Assembly (NCBI GenBank): GCA_034408645.1 | Contig: DASCRE010000239.1 | Span: 1-34,603 of the forward strand | From: Fidelibacterota bacterium | GTDB lineage: Bacteria; Fidelibacterota; Marinisomatia; Marinisomatales; AB-629-J13 | DNA: 34,603 nucleotides | Direction: 5' to 3' | Shown here: one piece after another, positions 26,355-34,603 of the stretch | How positions within the stretch are numbered: the first letter of the stretch is position 1 | How the letters are laid out: every line of letters starts with the position of its first letter | Position numbers and translations under genes: made by a program | The notes under the pieces: generated by a model | Seen by the model: only the letters and a program-made list of their open reading frames with translations | What the model was told of the DNA's origin: nothing | Database searches by the model: none

Positions 26355-28214
26355 TTACTGAAGAGATTCTTGTTCTTCCATTAACCTCAAATATTCACTC
26401 TCTAGCTCTGTCGTGGTTTCCATTGCCTTTTGCAGTTTTTCATAATCATCCACGCATTTCGGACTCTCGGCAATAGACCGCTGTTTCTCTAATTCTTTTT
26501 CAATGGTTTTAAATCGTTTTTCAATCCAGGATAATCTGTTTCGGATTTTTTTTCGCTCTTTATAATTAGATTTGTTTTTAAATCTTTTTTCTTTTTTGGG
26601 AGAGGATAGCAAACCAGCATCCTTACTTTTTTTCCACATATAATAATCATAATTTCCTTCAAACAGGCGGATGCCGCCGCCGCCAACCTCACAGGTTAGG
26701 TTAGTTACCTTATTCAAAAAGTGACGGTCATGGGAAATACAAACAATAGACCCGGTGAACTGGACTAAGGCCTTTTCCACTACATTTCGTGAAATCATAT
26801 CCAAATGATTTGTAGGCTCATCCAGTAAAAGTAAATGAGATGGTTCCACCAACATTCTCGCCAGTGCCAGTCTTGCTTTTTCTCCGCCCGAGAGTACTTT
26901 TACTAATTTTTCGATTTCATCCTTTTTAAATAAAAAACTTCCTAAATAGGTACGTATTTCCGTCTCTGTCCAGCCAGGGCTGACCTTACAGATAGTTCCA
27001 TAAACTGTTTCTTCTGAATCAAGAATTTCCAATTGATGTTGGGCATAATATGCGCAATCTACCCGATCTCCAATTTGGATTTCTCCCAATGTCACACTCT
27101 CCACATCTGCTAACAATTTCAACAGCGTGGATTTCCCCGCTCCATTGTGACCCACTAAACCAATTTTTTGCCCCCGCTTAACGGATAAATTCATTTGATT
27201 GAAAACCTCAACCTTACCAAAATGCTTGGTTACATTTTTGCATGAGGTAATATTCAGCGGTGGTCGGCTTGGCTGGGGAAGAATAAGATTCATTATTTGG
27301 TTGTCTTCTGTGGGCAGCTCGATCTTTTCCATCTTTTCCAGCATTTTTATTCGGCTTTGAACCTGCGTTGCTTTTGTGTTTTTATACCGAAATCGTTCGA
27401 TGAATCGCTCTGTTTCCTTGATTTGTTTTTGCTGGTTCTTGTATGCTGCACGATGTTGCTCCAACCGCACTGTCTTATCATTTTTGTATTTAGTATAATT
27501 ACCATGATAAAGGGTAACTTCCCTCTGGTCAATCTCAATGATGTGGTTCACAGATCGATCTAGAAATGCCCTGTCGTGACTAATTACAACCATGCCCCCT
27601 TTCCAATCACCCAAAAAGGATTCCAGCCAGATAGTGGCCTCAAGGTCCAGATGGTTTGTGGGCTCATCGAGGAACAAAATATCTGGTTCTTGAAGTAAAA
27701 TTGCCGCCAGGGCAACTCGCATCCTCCAGCCTCCACTAAAAATATCCATTGGGTCGCCAAATTGCTCTTCCTTGAATCTCAATCCGCTCAAAATCTTTTT
27801 GGCTTTATCCTCAAGTGTCCACCCGCCCAGCGCTTCAAACCGGTTTTGAATAGTACCCAATCGTTCAATTAATACCATGTTTTCAGGGTCAGAAGCTATC
27901 TCATTCGATAGGGCCAACAACTTTCTTTCCAAATTCTGTACTTCTGGATAGGCAGCCAATACTTCTTCCAAAATGGAATGATTTGACCCAGAAACTATAT
28001 CCTGTGCTAAATACCCAATCGCAATAGATTTCTCAACCTGTACGTTTCCAGAATCAGGTGATTCGTTTTGTAACATGATCCTGAGTAAGGTAGTTTTCCC
28101 GGAGCCATTTGGCCCAACAAGACCGGCTCGCATACCCTGTTTAATTGTAAGAGTTACATTGGTAAATAAATCTCCATCCGGAAAGGTTTTAGATAGGTTT
28201 TCAAGGTTTATCAT
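26355..28214 (-). CDS. ABC-F family ribosome-associated ATPase (YheS/YdiF-like)
   Basis: Two ABC domains (GPNGSGKT, FSGGWRMR, LDEPTNHLD; GHNGAGKS, LSGGEK), helical linker, C-terminal coiled coil, no TM. Confidence 0.93.
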   Translation of the reverse strand: MINLENLSKTFPDGDLFTNVTLTIKQGMRAGLVGPNGSGKTTLLRIMLQNESPDSGNVQVEKSIAIGYLAQDIVSGSNHSILEEVLAAYPEVQNLERKLLALSNEIASDPENMVLIERLGTIQNRFEALGGWTLEDKAKKILSGLRFKEEQFGDPMDIFSGGWRMRVALAAILLQEPDILFLDEPTNHLDLEATIWLESFLGDWKGGMVVISHDRAFLDRSVNHIIEIDQREVTLYHGNYTKYKNDKTVRLEQHRAAYKNQQKQIKETERFIERFRYKNTKATQVQSRIKMLEKMEKIELPTEDNQIMNLILPQPSRPPLNITSCKNVTKHFGKVEVFNQMNLSVKRGQKIGLVGHNGAGKSTLLKLLADVESVTLGEIQIGDRVDCAYYAQHQLEILDSEETVYGTICKVSPGWTETEIRTYLGSFLFKKDEIEKLVKVLSGGEKARLALARMLVEPSHLLLLDEPTNHLDMISRNVVEKALVQFTGSIVCISHDRHFLNKVTNLTCEVGGGGIRLFEGNYDYYMWKKSKDAGLLSSPKKEKRFKNKSNYKERKKIRNRLSWIEKRFKTIEKELEKQRSIAESPKCVDDYEKLQKAMETTTELESEYLRLMEEQESLQ

Positions 28215-28251
28215 TTATTTGTGACTGTGGAAAGGACGTGTGTGCCGATAC

Positions 28252-29547
28252 TCAAACAATGTCACCAATAACAAACGTATTATGGTTATCAATTAATTTT
28301 ACGTCCTGTATTGTGTTTATGAAATTAGTCCCTGTTTTTACCTCAACCTGAATATAATTATCAGTGTGCCCCAGAATTTTTCCATTTTTTATGTTCTCAA
28401 ATAAAACTGGACGATTTTTGTTTATAAATTGGTCGTTGAAATGTCTTCGCTTTTTATCTGATAAAATATGGAGCATTTTGCTACGCTCATCTTTTATTTC
28501 TTTTGGTACCACTTCACCCATCTCAACGGCGACTGTGTTTGATCGTTCTGAAAATGTGAATACATGGAGGTATGAAATTTCCAGCTCGTTCAAAAAATTG
28601 TGTGTTTCAAGGAAGTCATCTTCAGTTTCACCGGGAAATCCCACGATAACATCTGCACCAACACATGCATCAGGGATATTAGATTTGATTTTTTTAACTC
28701 GAGCCTCGTAATTTTCTTTTCTATAGCGTCGTTTCATTTTTCTTAATATTTTATTGGAACCTGATTGTAATGGCAAATGAAAATGAGGCATAAATTTTTT
28801 AGATTTAGCACAATATCCAATAATTTGATCTGTTAATAAATTCGGTTCGATTGATGAGATTCGTATTCTGTCTATTCCTTCTAGTTTGTTCAATTCTATC
28901 ATAAGATCAAAAAATGTTTCTTTGCTCCCCTTTCCAAAATCACCAATGTTTACACCCGTGAGTACAATTTCCCGGGTATTTGTTCCTGCCACCTCCTGAG
29001 CCATCTTCATTGTGCTTTCAATAGTGTTATTTCTGCTCCTACCTCGTGCCAAAGGAATTGTGCAAAATGAGCAAATGTAATCGCAACCATCCTGAATTTT
29101 TAAAAAGGATCTTGTTCTTTCACCCGAAGAATAAGAAGGAACAAAGGAGTGTATATGATCAATATCTGACTGTATTATTTTCATACCACCATCTAAATCA
29201 ATGTTGTTTATGTGATTTATTAGATTGAACTTTTCTTCTGTACCCAATACAATGTCTACTCCGTCCATAGCGGCAATCTCATTGGGCTTAAGCTGGGCAT
29301 AACATCCAATAACTACGATAGATGAGTTTGGGTTCCGACGTTTCGCTTGGCGAATCAGTTTGCGAGCTTCTTTGTCAGCGTTTTCTGTGACCGAACATGT
29401 ATTAATAACATAAATATCTGCTTCGCTTTGGTAAGCTACCTGTTCAAACCCCTGACCATTAATATCACGGGAAATAGTAGATGACTCTGAAAAATTTAGT
29501 TTACATCCCATTGTGTGGAATGCAATCCGTTTTGTTGGAGTACTCAT
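28252..29547 (-). CDS. mtaB: tRNA t6A37 methylthiotransferase MtaB
   Basis: GCKLNFSE, NTCSVT, GCYAQ, KIQDGCDYICSFC (radical SAM), RIRISSIEP, IVGFPGET, GHTDNY. Confidence 0.95.
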   Translation of the reverse strand: MSTPTKRIAFHTMGCKLNFSESSTISRDINGQGFEQVAYQSEADIYVINTCSVTENADKEARKLIRQAKRRNPNSSIVVIGCYAQLKPNEIAAMDGVDIVLGTEEKFNLINHINNIDLDGGMKIIQSDIDHIHSFVPSYSSGERTRSFLKIQDGCDYICSFCTIPLARGRSRNNTIESTMKMAQEVAGTNTREIVLTGVNIGDFGKGSKETFFDLMIELNKLEGIDRIRISSIEPNLLTDQIIGYCAKSKKFMPHFHLPLQSGSNKILRKMKRRYRKENYEARVKKIKSNIPDACVGADVIVGFPGETEDDFLETHNFLNELEISYLHVFTFSERSNTVAVEMGEVVPKEIKDERSKMLHILSDKKRRHFNDQFINKNRPVLFENIKNGKILGHTDNYIQVEVKTGTNFINTIQDVKLIDNHNTFVIGDIV

Positions 29548-29764
29548 TTTTTCGTTTTTATAAATTTATTTACGGAAGTATTGTTGTAATCTGAACACAC
29601 TAACATAAAATCACCTGAATATTTACAATAAATCGGGAACAAAATTACAATAATATTTGTTTCTACTCTTGGAAGGCATTTAGTACTCGTTTTGGTAAAC
29701 CCAATAGAAAAACAAACCAGCTCCAAAACGGTTTATTGTTCAATAATTTCAGCCTTAAAATAAT

Positions 29765-29814
29765 TTGCAATTAATGATATTTATTTTGCAAGATTGTATC
29801 GATATTTTTAATCT
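29765..29814 (+). promoter_or_regulatory. Candidate sigma70 promoter overlapped by a Fur-box-like site
   Basis: TTGCAA (29786-91)-17 nt-TAATCT (29809-14). ATTAATGATATTTATTTTG (29770-88) matches the classical Fur box at 13/19. A second TTGCAA lies at 29765-70. Confidence 0.45.
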
Positions 29815-29834
29815 AATTAGAGAGGAAACATGAT

Positions 29835-30149
29835 ATGAAAAAATTACTACTTACAATGGCTGTATTGCTTATGGTTAGTGGAGCAATAGCTCAGGTAGGG
29901 GTCTCCAGCGAAAAAATAGACCAAAAAGAAAATACAACCAAAAATAAATGTTCATACGAACAAAACACAACTGGTGATAAGGGTGTTGAAAAAACCTGCT
30001 GTAAAAAAGGAAAAGATTCCTCTGCCCGTTCACCCTGGTGGAGTATTTTCAAAAAGGAAAAAAAATGTGACCGCCAATACAGTGAGAAGAAAAAAGGATG
30101 TAATTTGGAGGGGAAAGATAAACAAAAAGGGTGCTGCAAAAAGGCTTGA
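29835..30149 (+). CDS. Small secreted Cys/Lys-rich protein
   Basis: AGAGG RBS; MKK-hydrophobic-AIA/Q signal peptide; 7 Cys with two CCKK motifs; 23 Lys in 104 aa. Confidence 0.8.
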   Translation: MKKLLLTMAVLLMVSGAIAQVGVSSEKIDQKENTTKNKCSYEQNTTGDKGVEKTCCKKGKDSSARSPWWSIFKKEKKCDRQYSEKKKGCNLEGKDKQKGCCKKA

Positions 30150-30409
30150 CCGGTAATCTGCGCTAACTAAAACATAAAGAGTTCCTTTATTTTAACTCTA
30201 TAAACGGAATACCTTTTAAGTTGGATCCTTGAGGGGTTCTATATAAAAACTTACACACCAACATAAAATAAATAGAAACATATAGGACCATAACCTAATC
30301 AGGTCTTTTTTGTGTTGACAGAAGTCGGTCTCATTACCTTGTTGGTAGACATTAGTCCTTCACAGGCTTTTTTTGTATTATAATTAGAATATTATTTGTT
30401 ATTGAATAT

Positions 30410-32224
30410 ATGAGAAAAACAAACTACAGAAACATTGCAATAATCGCCCATGTAGATCATGGAAAAACCACCCTTGTGAATGCAATGTTAAAGCAGAGTG
30501 GTACTTTTAAGGCTCATCAGGATGTAGAGGATAGAGTAATGGACTCAATGGACCTTGAAAAAGAACGTGGCATTACAATCACCGCAAAAAACACAGCAAT
30601 ATTTTACAATAAAGTGAAAATCAATATTCTTGATACTCCAGGTCATGCCGATTTCGGAGGGGAAGTAGAAAGAAGTTTAAATCTGGTGGATGGTGCTCTA
30701 TTGCTGGTCGATGCCAGTGAGGGGCCCTTACCTCAAACACGGTTTGTCCTGAAGAAAGCCTTAGAAAAAGATTTACCAATTATTTTAGTCATTAATAAAA
30801 TTGATAGAACTGATGCTAGGATTAGTGAGGTCATTAATGAAGTATATGACTTATTCATTGATCTCGATGCCTCCGATGAACAAATAGAGTTTCCAATTAT
30901 ATATACCAATGCCAAACAAGGAACAGCGCACATTCAAATTGAGAATAAATCTACAGGCCTAACCCCCTTGTTTGAAACCATTCTTGAAAACATTAAAGGC
31001 CCTCTTGTCTTTGATGATTATAAACCTCAGTTTTTAATCACGAGTTTGGACTATGATCCCTATGTGGGACAAATTGCTGTTGGAAGGCTTAATAATGGTA
31101 AATTGTCTATGAACAAATCCTATTCATTATGTGCCGCTGGAAATTATAAATATAATCAAAAATTTTCCGCCCTTTATACCTTTAAAGGTTTAGATAAAAT
31201 ACGGGTCGAAAATGTAGAAGCAGGAGACATCATTGCTTTTGCTGGAATAGAGGGGATTTCCATTGGTGATACTATTTCTGATAATGAAAATCCAGAGCCA
31301 TTGCAAAGAATAAAGGTAGATGAGCCCACAGTATCAATGTTGTTTTATGTCAACGATAGCCCTTTTGCGGGGAAAGAAGGTAAGTTTTTAACCACCAGAC
31401 ATTTATCTGAACGACTGGACAAAGAAATACTGAGAAATGTTTCATTGCAGGTATTATCTACGAAAAGGACTAATGTGTTTGAGGTACGAGGGCGGGGTGA
31501 ACTCCAAATGGCTATATTAATTGAGACGATGAGAAGAGAGGGATACGAGTTTATGGTATCAAAACCCCAAGTGATTACCAAAGAAAAAAACGGTAAAACT
31601 CTTGAGCCGATGGAAAAAGTGTTTTTGGATGTTCCTGAAGATAAGATTGGAATCTTAACTGAAAAACTTTCTGCAAGAAAGGGAAGGATGACAAACCTTC
31701 AAAATCACGGAACAGGCCGTGTTAATCTCGAGTTTTCAATTCCATCAAGGGGTCTTATAGGTTTCAGGTCTCAATTCATGACTGATACAAATGGAGCGGG
31801 TATAATGAATAAATTGTTTGATGGGCATGCATCCTGGTTTGGCCCTATTCCTCAAAGAAATTCGGGCGCACTGGTTTCGGACCGTAACGGAAAAGTTACA
31901 ACGTATGCTTGTGTTGGAATGGTTGATCGTGGTGAATTGTTTTTAAATGTAGGTACAGAAGTGTATAGTGGTATGATCATTGGTGAGCGCAATAGAGAGG
32001 GTGATCTGAACATTAATATCACAAGAGAAAAAAAACTTACTAACATGCGTGCTGCCGGGTCTGATAATACAATAACTCTTCGGCCCCCAAAACAGTTATC
32101 ACTTGATCAGTGTATTGAGTTCATTGCTGAAGATGAGCTGGTAGAAGTAACACCTGAAAACATTAGGCTAAGAAAAATGGAATTGAATCAAAACAAACGA
32201 GCGTCTGAAAAAAAACGCAGCTAA
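30410..32224 (+). CDS. typA: Translational GTPase TypA/BipA
   Basis: RNIAIIAHVDHGKTTL, ERGITI, DTPGHADFGGEVER, GRGELQ, MRREGYE, KKLTNMRAAG, DELVEVTP. Confidence 0.98.
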   Translation: MRKTNYRNIAIIAHVDHGKTTLVNAMLKQSGTFKAHQDVEDRVMDSMDLEKERGITITAKNTAIFYNKVKINILDTPGHADFGGEVERSLNLVDGALLLVDASEGPLPQTRFVLKKALEKDLPIILVINKIDRTDARISEVINEVYDLFIDLDASDEQIEFPIIYTNAKQGTAHIQIENKSTGLTPLFETILENIKGPLVFDDYKPQFLITSLDYDPYVGQIAVGRLNNGKLSMNKSYSLCAAGNYKYNQKFSALYTFKGLDKIRVENVEAGDIIAFAGIEGISIGDTISDNENPEPLQRIKVDEPTVSMLFYVNDSPFAGKEGKFLTTRHLSERLDKEILRNVSLQVLSTKRTNVFEVRGRGELQMAILIETMRREGYEFMVSKPQVITKEKNGKTLEPMEKVFLDVPEDKIGILTEKLSARKGRMTNLQNHGTGRVNLEFSIPSRGLIGFRSQFMTDTNGAGIMNKLFDGHASWFGPIPQRNSGALVSDRNGKVTTYACVGMVDRGELFLNVGTEVYSGMIIGERNREGDLNINITREKKLTNMRAAGSDNTITLRPPKQLSLDQCIEFIAEDELVEVTPENIRLRKMELNQNKRASEKKRS

Positions 32225-32425
32225 ATCTCTACTTTAGTGGAATTCCTTGTTTGTGAAAAAATTCTCCATCTAATCGTTTTCAAAAAACATTAAAATAGTA
32301 TAAGTCATCCGCTGAATGATTGGCGGCATTACCATTTTATCTTTTAACCAATTTATATGAATTTAATTATAAGTTCCCGACTCAAGAACAGGCTCCCCAC
32401 TTTCCTTTCAAGGCACACAATATAA

Positions 32426-34165
32426 ATGGACAATTTTAAACAGACCCGACTACATCCGGATATTCTTAAAGCTATCACTGAAATGGGTTTTGAAATACCC
32501 ACCCCAATCCAAGCCAAAACCATTCCGCATTTAATGGCGTCTTCCCATGATTTGATAGCGACAGCACAAACAGGGACAGGAAAAACCGCTGCCTTTGGTC
32601 TGCCATCCATCCACTTAACAGATATGAAGGATAGGAGAACACAGACTCTGATTCTGTGTCCCACCCGGGAACTATGTATACAAATAACCAAGGATTTTGG
32701 CAATTTTTCAAAGTACATCAATGGGATGAATATTCTAGCCGTTTACGGCGGTTCCAGTATCCAGACCCAGATCAAATCATTAAAAAAAGGTGCCCAGATT
32801 GTTGTTGGCACCCCGGGACGGACAAAAGATCTTATTAAACGAAAAAGATTAGATATCTCTCATGTGGCACGTGTGATTTTGGATGAGGCAGATGAAATGC
32901 TTACCATGGGATTCAAAGAAGATCTTGAAATGATCCTTGCCCAGACACCGAAGGAGAAACAAACCCTACTCTTCTCCGCAACCATGTCAAAACGGGTGGT
33001 GGAAATTACAAAATCCTACATGAATAACCCTCTAAAAATTGCTACAGCACGAATGAATATTGCCGCGGAAAATGTCCACCACATCTATTATATGGTAAAT
33101 GCTAAAGATCGCTACGAGGTGATAAAACGTATCATTGATGTTAATCCTGAGATCTATGGTATCGTCTTTTGCAGAACGCGCCGTGAGACGAAAGAGGTGG
33201 CTAATAAACTCATGCACAACGGATATAACGCGGACACCCTTAACGGGGACCTATCCCAGGTGCAGCGGGATGAAGTGATGGGACGATTTCGGAATCGTCA
33301 ATTGCAAATCCTTGTTGCTACGGATGTGGCCGCAAGGGGGCTGGATGTGGATGATCTTACTCATGTGATTAACTTTAACCTTCCCGATGATGATGAAATC
33401 TATGTTCATCGAAGCGGCCGTACCGGAAGGAAGGGAAAAAAGGGTATATCTATTATAATTATCCATTCGCGGGAAATGCGGAAGATGCGGGAGATTGAGA
33501 AAAAATCCAGTATCACATTTGTCCGAAAATCGGTTCCTGTCGGATTAGAAATCTGTAAAAAACGGCTTTATACACTCATTGATAAAGTTGAAAATGTTGA
33601 AGTGGACGAACAACAAATCAGCCAATTTATGCCTGATATTTATAATAAATTAGAATGGCTCGAAAGGGAAGAGTTAATCAAGCATTTTGTCTCTACAGAG
33701 TTCAATCGCTATTTATCTTATTATAAAAATGCCAAGGATATCAATATACCCGGAGATGGTATGGGGAAAAGATCAAGCAAGCGAGAAAAACGAAGCCGAA
33801 AAGAACGGCGGGACACCTCATTCACCGGTTTTTATATTAATGTGGGATTCCGGCATAAACTGAACCCAGCGAAACTCATTGGTTTGATAAATGAATGTTT
33901 GCGATCCAGCGATGCTGTGATTGGGAAAATTGAAGTGATGAAAACATCCTCCTTTTTTGAAATCGATAATAAATGGAAATCGAAACTGTTTGTGGGTTTC
34001 AATGGTAAAAAATTTAAAGGAATTAGCTTGTTAGTAGAAGAAGATAAAGGTCGCACAAAAAATAAAAAAAGATCGAAAGAAAAATCGAATTATCGGGATT
34101 ATAAGGTAGGTCGTGCCAAAGCCCGTAAAAACCGCAATAAGGGCGGTGCCCGAAAAAGAATGTAA
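32426..34165 (+). CDS. DEAD-box RNA helicase, DeaD/CsdA-like with DbpA-type RNA-binding domain and basic tail
   Basis: PTPIQ, AQTGTGKT, PTREL, TPGR, DEAD, SAT, ARGLD, HRSGRTGR; C-terminal FYINVG...IGKIEV...SFFEI; K/R-rich tail. Confidence 0.95.
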   Translation: MDNFKQTRLHPDILKAITEMGFEIPTPIQAKTIPHLMASSHDLIATAQTGTGKTAAFGLPSIHLTDMKDRRTQTLILCPTRELCIQITKDFGNFSKYINGMNILAVYGGSSIQTQIKSLKKGAQIVVGTPGRTKDLIKRKRLDISHVARVILDEADEMLTMGFKEDLEMILAQTPKEKQTLLFSATMSKRVVEITKSYMNNPLKIATARMNIAAENVHHIYYMVNAKDRYEVIKRIIDVNPEIYGIVFCRTRRETKEVANKLMHNGYNADTLNGDLSQVQRDEVMGRFRNRQLQILVATDVAARGLDVDDLTHVINFNLPDDDEIYVHRSGRTGRKGKKGISIIIIHSREMRKMREIEKKSSITFVRKSVPVGLEICKKRLYTLIDKVENVEVDEQQISQFMPDIYNKLEWLEREELIKHFVSTEFNRYLSYYKNAKDINIPGDGMGKRSSKREKRSRKERRDTSFTGFYINVGFRHKLNPAKLIGLINECLRSSDAVIGKIEVMKTSSFFEIDNKWKSKLFVGFNGKKFKGISLLVEEDKGRTKNKKRSKEKSNYRDYKVGRAKARKNRNKGGARKRM

Positions 34166-34250
34166 ATTATTGTAACAATAATTCTAGGTACCTTCTTTCG
34201 TTAATAAAAATAGAAAAAGTTGCGTGAGTCTCATAACCCGATAGGTGATT

Positions 34251-34460
34251 TTAATTGTACTGAAATGCATCTTCTAATGGTACATCAAAAACTTTAACTA
34301 TTCGAAATGCAAGTTCAAGTGATGGTGAATATTTTTGAGCTTCAAGTGCAATAATCGTTTGTCGTGTGACACTTGCTTTTTCAGCTAACTCTGCCTGAGT
34401 CATTTCATTAGCATCAAATCTCAACCGACGAATTTGATTCTTTATTTTTTGTTTTTTCAT
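34251..34460 (-). CDS. XRE/Cro-like HTH transcriptional regulator
   Basis: [36 protein letters not shown]. Confidence 0.93.
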   Translation of the reverse strand: MKKQKIKNQIRRLRFDANEMTQAELAEKASVTRQTIIALEAQKYSPSLELAFRIVKVFDVPLEDAFQYN

Positions 34461-34601
34461 CTAGATATTTTTTCTATAATTAAATAGCTGAGTTAAGGAT
34501 TTTCCAGTTGAAGATAAAAGTACTATAATAAACAATATTATAGCGATTTTTTGGGGAGTCAATTCACCAAATTTTTCTTGGTAGAGTACGTTGAAAATAA
34601 T
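34461..34601 (-). CDS. 3' end of a membrane protein gene (truncated by the window), likely partner of the HTH regulator
   Basis: Not in the ORF track. Open from the window edge: IIFNVLYQEKFGELTPQKIAIILFIIVLLSSTGKSLTQLFNYRKNI*; its TAG directly abuts the HTH ATG. Confidence 0.65.
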   Translation of the reverse strand: MIFNVLYQEKFGELTPQKIAIILFIIVLLSSTGKSLTQLFNYRKNI

Positions 34602-34603
34602 TA

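Noticed and set aside
29544-29726. 60-aa ORF overlapping the mtaB start
   Set aside because: TTG start, no RBS, no recognisable motif. Any ATGA start creates such a stop, and the region probably holds promoters.
30221-30254. preQ1-I riboswitch resemblance (GAGGGGTTCTA...TATAAAAACTTA)
   Set aside because: No proper P1 stem or ligand-pairing C at the loop end, and the downstream gene is typA rather than a queuosine gene.
526-34056. Many short antisense or alternate-frame ORFs in the track (e.g. 5966-6355, 6868-7404, 28364-28711, 32353-32721)
   Set aside because: They lie mostly or wholly within well-supported genes and show no motifs or RBS.
1-34603. CRISPR arrays, tRNA/rRNA genes, IS elements, prophage
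   Set aside because: No regularly spaced repeats, tRNA cloverleafs, transposase, integrase or phage structural genes seen by eye.

Overview
AT-rich bacterial window, mostly housekeeping. It is probably from an FCB-related lineage such as Candidatus Marinimicrobia; this is inferred from a FlgD/T9SS-like C-terminal domain remnant, the HxxxHxxxxxD YbeY variant and GGAG ribosome-binding sites. The left end looks accessory: the 3' end of a putative 5-hmdU DNA kinase helical-domain gene, an alkylglycerol monooxygenase-like di-iron enzyme and an orphan sorting-domain remnant. Next come an envC-holB-metG operon (-) and a long (+) run: cNMP-binding protein, AI-2E transporter, DUF4159, DUF4175, TPR protein, exported class I GATase-like protein, GNAT, yjbQ and a hypothetical. 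A long (-) run follows: C4 zinc-ribbon protein, RNase P RNA (rnpB), small ORF, fabH, acyl-CoA dehydrogenase, 7TM-HD (PgpH-like) phosphodiesterase, ybeY and mazG. The rest is gcvP, mtaB and ABC-F (-), a small secreted Cys/Lys-rich protein behind a Fur-like box, typA, a DEAD-box helicase, an XRE regulator and a truncated membrane-protein gene. I saw no tRNA, rRNA, CRISPR array or transposase. The best candidate for an undescribed system is the tightly coupled DUF4159-DUF4175-TPR-Cys hydrolase envelope module. Family calls come from motif recognition by eye, not database searches.
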